A stretch of 64,000 nt of DNA from IMG/VR virus record IMGVR_UViG_3300031519_000015, positions 1 through 64,000 of that record; one strand, written 5' to 3'. This document shows, piece after piece, positions 56,849 to 64,000 of this stretch (its first letter is position 1; every line of letters begins with the position of its first letter). The notes beneath the pieces were generated by a model. That model saw nothing but the letters and a program-made list of their open reading frames with translations. It ran no database searches and was not told where the DNA came from. A program made the translations under genes and the position numbers. This stretch comes from a virus. Its lineage: Duplodnaviria; Caudoviricetes.

Positions 56849-57282
56849 TATTTAGTACCTGAGCATTTGTCGCAACGATAAAACTCACCATGTACAAAGT
56901 TGGCATTTACCTTGGTACTCTTACCGCAAACATGACAGGTAACACTTTTTTTTCTAGGAGGCTTTCTGTTTCTAGGAGTAGGCTTAATTTTTGGTGTTTC
57001 AACATCCTTACCTCTACACTCGCCTTGGTCAGTCCACTGGTTTTTGCCAGCTTTTACTGGGCTTCTTCTCCTAGAAGTCAGAGAGTCTTTTTGTTTCATA
57101 GTAAAATCTCCATCAACAGCTTCTGAAATTGGTTCTTCGTGCTGAAGTCTATCTATAGAAGGAGGATGTGTGGTAAAAGGCTTGTTTGGAACCTCTGGGT
57201 CAAAACTGCCCCCAGATAATGCTTTCAATAAAGCCCGCTTTTGTTCTTCTGTCAACGTTTTTATAAACTCATTCATACTCAT
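56848..57282 (-). CDS. Hypothetical protein with C-terminal zinc ribbon (144 aa)
   Basis: 'CHVCG...CDKC'. Coupled to dnaB. Confidence 0.65.
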   Translation of the reverse strand: MSMNEFIKTLTEEQKRALLKALSGGSFDPEVPNKPFTTHPPSIDRLQHEEPISEAVDGDFTMKQKDSLTSRRRSPVKAGKNQWTDQGECRGKDVETPKIKPTPRNRKPPRKKSVTCHVCGKSTKVNANFVHGEFYRCDKCSGTK

Positions 57283-57764
57283 GTTCTTTTACCTTTCTCT
57301 AATAGTATATCTGCTTTACGTTTTAATTCATATATTTTACCGTCAAGTGCCTGTATCCTTGACTCTGCAATCTCACGATAGTGATCTACTGTTGCTGCGT
57401 ATTCATCGTTTACAATTATAAGTGGTCTACGTTCCTCATATTTAGTATACTTACTAAACTGATCGTGGTTTTTTGCAACCATTTTATTTAGCTTGTCGTT
57501 ACACCAATTTAGAGCAATCTTCTGCATATTTAATTCATCTTGTAGATGTGTGGAGTAGCTATATAGTTGATACGACCAATCAAATAGTTCTGCTTGGGTA
57601 AGAGAACTGATGGTTTCCCTATCAGCATTAGCACATCTATGCCAATCATCTCTAAACTTCTTATTAAACCTAGCATTGCTGGCATTCAAGAAGTCATCAA
57701 CCATAGCTTTCAAGTCAGCCAACTGCTCACTCGCCGTTTTCAATTTGATCTCTCCATTGCTCAT
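57279..57764 (-). CDS. Hypothetical coiled-coil protein (161 aa)
   Basis: All-helical, charged, overlaps both neighbours. Confidence 0.6.
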   Translation of the reverse strand: MSNGEIKLKTASEQLADLKAMVDDFLNASNARFNKKFRDDWHRCANADRETISSLTQAELFDWSYQLYSYSTHLQDELNMQKIALNWCNDKLNKMVAKNHDQFSKYTKYEERRPLIIVNDEYAATVDHYREIAESRIQALDGKIYELKRKADILLEKGKRT

Positions 57765-58152
57765 CTGTATCTGAATACCTCAATACTATTATATCAATTT
57801 TGTTCAATCCACACCACTCTATTTTATCTTCATCCTTTGCTTTTGCAATGGCAAAGTCTGCTTTATTCTTATGAAAGAATGGCGTATACTTATAATGCTG
57901 TTGACCATGCACCTCTACAGCTAGCATAATCTGTGGTATATAAAAGTCTAAATACAACACGCCTTTTCTGTGCGATGGGGTACTTCCCGGCAATTTTACT
58001 TCTTCAAGTATTCTATAACTATGGTAGATAGTCTTCAAGAGATTTCTTGCGCGAACGTGAAACTTTGATCTCTTCCGCTTGTCGTTTGCGTCTACTGAAT
58101 AGCTTGTTAAATTCCAAGCGTACTCTCTCCCATTTATACCAGTAACTTTCAT
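57727..58152 (-). CDS. DUF559/Vsr-like PD-(D/E)XK endonuclease (141 aa)
   Basis: 'ILEEVKLP','LYLDFYIP..LAVEVHGQQHY','DEDKIEWC'. Confidence 0.8.
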   Translation of the reverse strand: MKVTGINGREYAWNLTSYSVDANDKRKRSKFHVRARNLLKTIYHSYRILEEVKLPGSTPSHRKGVLYLDFYIPQIMLAVEVHGQQHYKYTPFFHKNKADFAIAKAKDEDKIEWCGLNKIDIIVLRYSDTDEQWRDQIENGE

Positions 58153-58222
58153 TCAATATTCCTATCACAAGTTTAGCCAGAATAACTCCAGCAGCAATTT
58201 CAAATATATTAATTATACTCAT
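58019..58222 (-). CDS. Small putative membrane protein (67 aa)
   Basis: N-terminal hydrophobic helix IFEIAAGVILAKLVIGIL and a basic tail. AAGGA RBS and ATGA coupling to the upstream ORF. Overlaps the nuclease gene by 134 nt. Confidence 0.45.
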   Translation of the reverse strand: MSIINIFEIAAGVILAKLVIGILNESYWYKWERVRLEFNKLFSRRKRQAEEIKVSRSRKKSLEDYLP

Positions 58223-58338
58223 TTTTTAATTTCCTTGCTACCCCTAGTGTTTTTAGGCACATAGGGGCAGTTCTTACACCCGCTACCACAACAAGCACCT
58301 CTACTAAGTAAATACTCTCTACTCAGTGGTTGTGTCAT
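58219..58338 (-). CDS. DUF5522-like Cys-rich peptide not in track (39 aa)
   Basis: My translation is [39 protein letters not shown], containing the 'YLL.RG.CCGSGC.NCPY' signature. ATGA overlaps at both ends. Confidence 0.8.
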   Translation of the reverse strand: MTQPLSREYLLSRGACCGSGCKNCPYVPKNTRGSKEIKK

Positions 58339-59303
58339 TGATTGATTTCTCCACCAGCTCTTGTAATCTGTGTAGCAAATACGCTCAAATTTACGTTCTC
58401 ATTAATAGTTCTCACTGAACCGTCAGCGTAACAAGCGTTCATAATGCCGGGATGAAAACTAAATGCTTCACCATTATTAGTAACTCCAAAAGGAATATTA
58501 CCAGCACAATTTTTACACTTGTCTCCATTGCTATCCATGCCGTCTAATTTAAATGGCCCAACACTATCAGCCCAACCGATACACTGATTAGTATCACCAG
58601 TAGGGGTTCCACCATTATTAGTATCAGCTTTATAAGTGTCAGGTCTACTTCCACATTCAATAATCAACATAGTATTAGAAAATCCATCTCTAATGTGAGC
58701 ATCTCTAGTTACAGCGTCTTTAATTAGACACCCTTCGTTTCTATCTTTTGCTGCATAGATATCAGAAGCAGCAGGGAATACTTTACTCTTGACTCCCGTG
58801 AATGTCTCATAATCTGTATATCCAAGATTATTAGGGTTCATGCTAATAGCAGCACTGTCATCATCTCTACTAGGCCCATCCACACTAGCATAACCACCAG
58901 CGGGAGGCATAGCAGATGGACACTTGAAGACATTTAAATTTGCAGATAATACTGTAGCATTTTGCTCCCACCAATTTTTAGTAAAATCATATTGGTCTGC
59001 TATCGCCCTTTGTTCCATTTGCCCTAGAACAAACGCTCTCCAACTATGCTCTGTGCCAGAACGATTGCCTGTGTTAGATTTACCAGCAGAATCAATAGTC
59101 CAAGAAGCAGCGGGAAAGTATCGTTGTGAGTCCAAGCTACTGTGCATAGCAAGACCTTGTTGTTTTAAGTTATTTGCACATGACATTCTTCGTGCAGCTT
59201 CTCTAGCTTGCTGTACGGCAGGCAACAAAAGTCCAACAAGTACGCCGATAATAGCAATGACCACAAGTAGTTCGATAAGTGTAAAACCTTTTCGTTTAAA
59301 CAT
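58335..59303 (-). CDS. DUF1559 (SBP_bac_10) prepilin-type protein with H-X9-DG motif
   Basis: Start MFKRKG at 59303 (AAGGA RBS). G|[47 protein letters not shown], and C-terminal [12 protein letters not shown]. Confidence 0.95.
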   Translation of the reverse strand: MFKRKGFTLIELLVVIAIIGVLVGLLLPAVQQAREAARRMSCANNLKQQGLAMHSSLDSQRYFPAASWTIDSAGKSNTGNRSGTEHSWRAFVLGQMEQRAIADQYDFTKNWWEQNATVLSANLNVFKCPSAMPPAGGYASVDGPSRDDDSAAISMNPNNLGYTDYETFTGVKSKVFPAASDIYAAKDRNEGCLIKDAVTRDAHIRDGFSNTMLIIECGSRPDTYKADTNNGGTPTGDTNQCIGWADSVGPFKLDGMDSNGDKCKNCAGNIPFGVTNNGEAFSFHPGIMNACYADGSVRTINENVNLSVFATQITRAGGEINQ

Positions 59304-59364
59304 ATCGTGATTCCTTTTCAATTAATAGTAGGTATAAAGCGAGAGGTACACATTGTACCCTTAA

Positions 59365-59389
59365 TGTAATATTATACCCCTGTAATATT
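59365..59389 (-). promoter_or_regulatory. Putative -10 box (TATAAT) flanked by TGTAATATT direct repeats upstream of DUF1559
   Basis: - strand GGGGTATAAT (TATAAT = 59371-59376). TGTAATATT occurs at 59365-59373 and 59381-59389. No consensus -35. Confidence 0.45.
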
Positions 59390-59411
59390 TTAAAACAGTG
59401 TTAGGATTGTA

Positions 59412-60524
59412 TTAAAATAACTCTTTAATCTGATCGTATACAAGCTGGGAAATATCTGGGTTATCATTTAAGAATATGGCTAAATTATTTGACCCCTGAA
59501 ACTTAAAAAACCTTTCAATGTCTTCTGGCTTGTCAGGCACTTCATTTGCTTTCATAATTTTTTGTATTGCCGGATGTTCTAGGTTATCAATCGCACATTG
59601 AATCGTATACCAAGCTCCAGCAGTTTTAATCAGTCTAAACTCACAGGCTATTTGCACAACCTCTTGAACTTCATCCAGACCAATTCCATAACGAATCCAA
59701 CTTTCTGCTGTGCTGTTTGGAGTACCACCAGCGCATGATGTTTTAACATTCCAATTAGCAATCTGACCAACGTGAGGTCCAGTATCCTTTGGAACTTGCC
59801 ATCTACCACGATGGGTAATAACCATATTAGTACCAGCCTGATATTGCAACATGTTGCCACAGTCTGCCATCTTTGCTGGTGCGTATGGAGAACCACCAGT
59901 GTTTGCAATATTATGAGTCACAGCAATAAGAATTGTTTTATTCTTCATGAGAGAGCCGCTGATACGCTTAAAAAACATAGATAACAATCTAGGTAGTGCG
60001 TTACGTACACCTGTTCGCACTTCACCGTCAAGCTCTACTGATGGAACCATATTGGATAATGAGTCTGCGATAATTAAACAACCCGGATCATTGTTAATAT
60101 AATACTCTGTAATATTTAAGAATTCTTCTGCCGACAATATCTTATCATCTGTAGACTGTATAATTAAAATCCGCTCAGGATCTAAGCCCTTTATGCCATC
60201 GAAGTTTTGCTTAGAGAGTCTTCCCTCTGTGTTGAGATAAATAACACGTTTGTCTTGAGCTTGACATTTGGCGGCGAAGTGTAAGGCAGTTGTTGTCTTT
60301 CCAGACTTAGGATCTCCCGTCATGACGACCACAGAACCTTCTCGTAGTCCACCTCCAAGAGCAATGTCTAAAGCTGGAGACACACCAATTACTTCTAGCT
60401 GATTAATATTTTCTAGGACTTCAGTACCAGTGCTAACAACATCTCCGTATTTACTCACAACGGAATTACTTACAACGTCTGTTTCAAATTTATTTACTAC
60501 TTTTTTCTTCTTAACCTTGCTCAT
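59412..60524 (-). CDS. recA: RecA/UvsX-like recombinase
   Basis: 'SPALDIALGGGL','GDPKSGKTT','IYLNTEGR','IIADSLSNMVP'. Confidence 0.92.
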   Translation of the reverse strand: MSKVKKKKVVNKFETDVVSNSVVSKYGDVVSTGTEVLENINQLEVIGVSPALDIALGGGLREGSVVVMTGDPKSGKTTTALHFAAKCQAQDKRVIYLNTEGRLSKQNFDGIKGLDPERILIIQSTDDKILSAEEFLNITEYYINNDPGCLIIADSLSNMVPSVELDGEVRTGVRNALPRLLSMFFKRISGSLMKNKTILIAVTHNIANTGGSPYAPAKMADCGNMLQYQAGTNMVITHRGRWQVPKDTGPHVGQIANWNVKTSCAGGTPNSTAESWIRYGIGLDEVQEVVQIACEFRLIKTAGAWYTIQCAIDNLEHPAIQKIMKANEVPDKPEDIERFFKFQGSNNLAIFLNDNPDISQLVYDQIKELF

Positions 60525-61051
60525 AGATCCCTCAATTTGTTTATAGAACTTTTCTTACTTGAATATTGCTTGCTTCTTGTTTTCAATTTTTTTACTTCTG
60601 GCTCTACAGTCGCAGCGTCTGCTTCCGCTGACTGATCACGCGATTTTAGAAAATCCTTGTGTTCTTTATCATACCTCTTTATTGCTTCTAACGCAACCTG
60701 ATTATACTTCCATCCTCTAGGTCCATAAGCTTTAAGTCCAATGTGGTATATATTTTTAAAGTGATCTGATTTTACAGCAGCAAGTATTAATGCAGGTTCA
60801 TATTTCTTCTTCAAACCTCTAGCGGCTTTCATGTTTCTCATAAACATATCATGATACTTATCACCAGCCGTCCAGAACTTGTAAGATGGTTTATCCATCT
60901 TAAATGCGTCTGTCCATCTAAGGATAAGATACTCTGCAAAGTATGATTCAAATGTGCAATGTTCGCCAGTATGAATATGTTTATAGTTGTATTCTTCTGA
61001 CCACTCTTTTTGATATTTTTTACTAAATAATTCAGGTTTGTTGTTTTGCAT
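60521..61051 (-). CDS. Hypothetical protein (176 aa)
   Basis: Coupled to recA, basic and aromatic-rich. Confidence 0.6.
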   Translation of the reverse strand: MQNNKPELFSKKYQKEWSEEYNYKHIHTGEHCTFESYFAEYLILRWTDAFKMDKPSYKFWTAGDKYHDMFMRNMKAARGLKKKYEPALILAAVKSDHFKNIYHIGLKAYGPRGWKYNQVALEAIKRYDKEHKDFLKSRDQSAEADAATVEPEVKKLKTRSKQYSSKKSSINKLRDL

Positions 61052-61460
61052 TATGGTAAATTATAGCCTCTTTAAAACACTTACTAACATCTTCTTCAAA
61101 TTCATCTTCTGGAATCAAGGATGGTGTAGACCACAGTATTTTACTAACTTTGTTACCATTAACAATACCAGTAACAAAAGTGTCTATAGATTCTCCACCA
61201 AAATTAGCTTTAACACTTCTGATTACATAAGCACCATCAGCTTGTGATACATCTTGTTTAACACGGTGTGACTTATATTGCAAACCAACAGATCTCAATT
61301 TAATATTTGAATTGTCACAATTTTTTTTAAACTTTAACCAATCATCAAAATTTTGCAAGTAATATGTGTCACTATTTGTGACCGCAACTATCCATATATT
61401 CTTTGTATTAGTGCCTTTATTATACTCTTGTCTAAATTCCTTATCCCCACATAAAATCAT
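61032..61460 (-). CDS. Hypothetical protein (142 aa)
   Basis: Operon-packed ORF. Confidence 0.6.
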   Translation of the reverse strand: MILCGDKEFRQEYNKGTNTKNIWIVAVTNSDTYYLQNFDDWLKFKKNCDNSNIKLRSVGLQYKSHRVKQDVSQADGAYVIRSVKANFGGESIDTFVTGIVNGNKVSKILWSTPSLIPEDEFEEDVSKCFKEAIIYHNAKQQT

Positions 61461-61462
61461 TA

Positions 61463-61762
61463 TTATTCCTTTTTATCGGTAATGCTTGTAATACAACTTG
61501 ACTGCTTCTTTTCAAAAGACTTTCTTCTATCGTCAGCAATGGTAGATGAAGTTTCAGACATTATTGTGACACCTTTCTGGCGTATAAAATGATCACCAGC
61601 AGGGTTCACTAATTTATTTTTAGAGTGATTCTTTTTAACGTATGTTTCAACTGATTTTACAGTTCTATCTAAATCGGCAGCTATGTCAACAGCGTCCATT
61701 GTTTCATGATGGTTGTCGATATAAAATGTTTCTGCTTTACCTAGTGGTCCTTTTTTAGACAT
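61463..61762 (-). CDS. Hypothetical protein with possible HTH (99 aa)
   Basis: 'AVDIAADLDRTVKSVETYV' is HTH-like. Confidence 0.55.
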   Translation of the reverse strand: MSKKGPLGKAETFYIDNHHETMDAVDIAADLDRTVKSVETYVKKNHSKNKLVNPAGDHFIRQKGVTIMSETSSTIADDRRKSFEKKQSSCITSITDKKE

Positions 61763-62090
61763 ATATAAAACTCCTGTTTGCTTTGGTAATGTGAATCTTG
61801 TTTTTTGTAATTAAATATTTCATATAAGAATCTAATACCGCCTGAGTAGTAGTTCTAAGCTTAACACCCATCCTTCCAGCATTTCTATGACCATCTATAC
61901 CAAATGGGTCGTACAGAATTCCGTTTAGTGTTAGAACAGAATATGTCTTCTCTTTCCTATTGTCATAGTATAGCAGATCAACAACTTGAGCATACACTAG
62001 TTCGTCATCCGTTGTAACTGGCTTTCCTTTTCTATTGTACTTCTTTATTGTTTTTTTTTCAATGCCCCTGCCAAAGTCTTGTGTATCCAT
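61755..62090 (-). CDS. Hypothetical protein (111 aa)
   Basis: Operon-packed ORF. Confidence 0.55.
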   Translation of the reverse strand: MDTQDFGRGIEKKTIKKYNRKGKPVTTDDELVYAQVVDLLYYDNRKEKTYSVLTLNGILYDPFGIDGHRNAGRMGVKLRTTTQAVLDSYMKYLITKNKIHITKANRSFIYV

Positions 62091-62428
62091 TATTCACCCT
62101 TTACTATATAGTTTGTTTTTTGTTGCGCTGACATACTATTAATCTTTGTACGCATTTCTTTATTTTCTTTAACCTTACCATGTTCTTGTTTGTGTTTTTC
62201 TTCTATCTCAGATCTTTGATAATGGCCCATGTTTGACCAATTTTTATCAGCTTGACCACCAATAGTATTAGAGCTGTTTTTCATGAAAGAACCAAGCCCA
62301 CCATATGGTACTCTTTCTAAGGAATGTTTACCACACGATGGGCATAAAGTCAACGCTTCGTCATGAATAGATTGTTTAATATCCTTAAGAGTCTCGCCAC
62401 ATTCATGGCATCCATAGTCATATAACAT
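62090..62428 (-). CDS. FmdB-family zinc-ribbon protein
   Basis: 'MLYDYGCHECG....Q..HDEALTLCPSCG..LER'. Confidence 0.8.
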   Translation of the reverse strand: MLYDYGCHECGETLKDIKQSIHDEALTLCPSCGKHSLERVPYGGLGSFMKNSSNTIGGQADKNWSNMGHYQRSEIEEKHKQEHGKVKENKEMRTKINSMSAQQKTNYIVKGE

Positions 62429-62429
62429 A

Positions 62430-62603
62430 TTAGTACCATTCCTTATTCAATATTAACAATATTCTTCTTGCAAGTGCAGCCTGACCCACGATTCTACCAT
62501 CAGTGTAGTCTTCGCCATAACCAATGGTAGCTTCGTGTGTCTTCTGATCTTCTATTTTGTCCTGACAAAGACGTATAAGCTTTGCCCTTTCATCTTCATT
62601 CAT
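62430..62603 (-). CDS. Small hypothetical protein not in track (57 aa, MNEDERAKLIRLCQDK...LNKEWY)
   Basis: Fills the gap exactly. ATG overlaps the phoH TGA, and the stop is 1 nt from the next ATG. Confidence 0.65.
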   Translation of the reverse strand: MNEDERAKLIRLCQDKIEDQKTHEATIGYGEDYTDGRIVGQAALARRILLILNKEWY

Positions 62604-63283
62604 GACTCTAATGCGTAAAGCACTGCTCCAATAATTCCATTCCTCTGTATATCATGATACTCTAATTTGCAAATTCCAACACCCGGAATATTAGATAGTT
62701 TTTCAACACAAGTATCTAAACCACTATATTTAAAGATGTCTGTTTGTTTATTATCACCATTTATAAGCACTTTAGAATGCTTTCCCATTCGTGTAACAAA
62801 CATTTTAATCTGTTCTATAGTACAGTTTTGAGCCTCATCCAGTATCATGTATGAATCATGAAAGGTAGAACCCCTCATGGTTTCCAGAGGTTCAAATCTA
62901 ATTCTACGTTGATTAAAATACATTCCAAATTTGTCTCTACCTAAAAAGAATTTTAAATTTTCTTCCATAGGTTGAAGATAAGGTTTGATTTTATCATTTA
63001 GTTCTCCCGGTAAAGATCCAAGATCTCGACCAGTACAAACTAAAGGTCTAGTAACAATGATAGTATCTATTTCATCTTTAAGCAATTTTTGTGCTGCGAT
63101 TCCAGCTGCTATGAAAGATTTACCACTGCCAGACGGACCTGTGCAAAAAACAACATCGTTTTCCACAATAGATCTAATATAATTTTTTTGGTTTTCAGTC
63201 TTAGCCTCCAGAACGTTTGGTTTGTATGCTTTTTTTTCTTGACGCTTTTTTCGATTGTTATGTGCCTGTGCTGCCAAAACCAT
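62600..63283 (-). CDS. phoH: PhoH-family ATPase
   Basis: 'GPSGSGKS','IIVTRP','LPGELNDKIKPY','MRGSTF','ILDEAQN','GDNKQTD'. Confidence 0.93.
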   Translation of the reverse strand: MVLAAQAHNNRKKRQEKKAYKPNVLEAKTENQKNYIRSIVENDVVFCTGPSGSGKSFIAAGIAAQKLLKDEIDTIIVTRPLVCTGRDLGSLPGELNDKIKPYLQPMEENLKFFLGRDKFGMYFNQRRIRFEPLETMRGSTFHDSYMILDEAQNCTIEQIKMFVTRMGKHSKVLINGDNKQTDIFKYSGLDTCVEKLSNIPGVGICKLEYHDIQRNGIIGAVLYALES

Positions 63284-63686
63284 TACTCCCTCGTTGTGAG
63301 GTTTCCAATTCTTCTCTTAAAAGTAAAGAGATACCGGGAACCTCTTGGAATATAATCTGCGCGATTCTATCCCCACGTTTTATTTCTACATCTACATTAG
63401 AAGTATTGTATAAACAAACCATGATCTCTCCTCTGTAGCCAGAGTCTATAACTCCAGCTAAAACATCTATGCCCTTCTTAACTGCTAGCCCAGATCTGGG
63501 CCAAATTAATCCAGCCATATTGTCAGGCATATCAAACGATATACCAGTTTTAATTGTTTGTCGTTCTTTTGCAAATACCCAAACGTTTTCATCAGCAACC
63601 AAGTCAAACCCAGCGTCTGATCTATGTGACTTGAATGGCATCTGTGCCGTTTCTGTCAATAACTTATATGATACGAATCCCATCAT
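63258..63686 (-). CDS. dut: Trimeric dUTPase
   Basis: 'AGFDL','RSGLA','GVIDSGYRGE','GDRIAQII','RGSNGFGSTG'. AGGAGG RBS before ATG at 63686. Confidence 0.95.
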   Translation of the reverse strand: MMGFVSYKLLTETAQMPFKSHRSDAGFDLVADENVWVFAKERQTIKTGISFDMPDNMAGLIWPRSGLAVKKGIDVLAGVIDSGYRGEIMVCLYNTSNVDVEIKRGDRIAQIIFQEVPGISLLLREELETSQRGSNGFGSTGT

Positions 63687-63697
63687 TGATATTCCTC

Positions 63698-64000
63698 CTA
63701 AATTATATCGCATTTACCACCAGCACAAGCTACTTCTTGCACTGGATTTACATTATTTTCTTCTTCTATAACTTTAGTATAGTCAATGTCTTTATATTCA
63801 CGTTTAATGTCTAGCCATTCTTTCCAATTATAAACATCTTTCATGCAGTATGTTAGTTGTTTTAAATCACCATCCATATATTTGTCAGCAAACTTTTGAC
63901 ATTTATCTTGGTATTCTTTTTTATCTGTACCTTTTGCTCTTTTACCAACACCTAGAAGACTATCACATGCTGCCCACAAGTTGTCTTCATAAAGAGAAAG
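63698..64000 (-). CDS. Ribonucleotide reductase large subunit, C-terminal end (runs out of window; class unresolved)
   Basis: The frame is open to 64000 and ends 'EVACAGGKCDII', the C-terminal redox Cys pair. It lies next to dut. Confidence 0.7.
   Translation of the reverse strand, partial: LSLYEDNLWAACDSLLGVGKRAKGTDKKEYQDKCQKFADKYMDGDLKQLTYCMKDVYNWKEWLDIKREYKDIDYTKVIEEENNVNPVQEVACAGGKCDII

Noticed and set aside
57279-57764. UvsY recombination mediator
   Set aside because: Only size, helicity and proximity to recA support it. There is no recognisable motif.
62051-62059. T9 homopolymer as a phase-variation switch
   Set aside because: It encodes Lys codons in an intact ORF of an AT-rich genome. 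Similar runs occur elsewhere.
1-64000. Stop-codon recoding (alternative genetic code)
   Set aside because: Conserved genes are full length under code 11, and TAA, TAG and TGA all end genes at tight junctions.
1-64000. tRNA, rRNA, reverse transcriptase/DGR, integrase or IS elements
   Set aside because: Intergenic gaps are too short or lack cloverleaf features, and no RT, transposase or recombinase motifs were recognised. A tRNAscan/Infernal run would be needed to be certain.

Overview
This is a 64-kb internal segment of a large, AT-rich tailed dsDNA phage genome. It uses the standard genetic code, is densely packed, and shows no host housekeeping genes, tRNAs or CRISPR array that I could recognise. 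Two blocks converge on an intrinsic terminator at about 35.2 kb. The + strand block (1-35.2 kb) is a tail morphogenesis module: tail-tube-like gene, putative chaperones, a 2697-aa tape measure protein, a 4112-aa adhesin-like protein (LamG plus seven dispersed FG-GAP repeats) and further orphan virion genes. The - strand block (35.3-64 kb) covers DNA metabolism and accessory genes: RNR C-terminus, dUTPase, PhoH, RecA, DnaB, DnaG, dNMP kinase, a Cas4/AddB-like nuclease, an SSB, a putative ssDNA-annealing protein, and a glycosylation island of about 7 kb. Four observations stand out. (1) A Planctomycetes-hallmark DUF1559 prepilin-like gene sits in an apparently self-promoted, translationally coupled cassette with a DUF5522-like Cys peptide (missed by the ORF track) and a small membrane protein; this suggests a planctomycete host and a pilus/surface-manipulation function. 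(2) DnaE (Pol III alpha) is split into two genes with no intein, and a DEDDh exonuclease plus two orphan nuclease-like genes lie in the gap. (3) The 4112-aa protein looks like an integrin-style seven-bladed propeller with very large insertions. (4) A nuclease-fold-like cassette is bracketed by duplicated motifs inside the tape measure protein. Family assignments come from motif recognition by eye, with no database searches, so novelty claims are untested.
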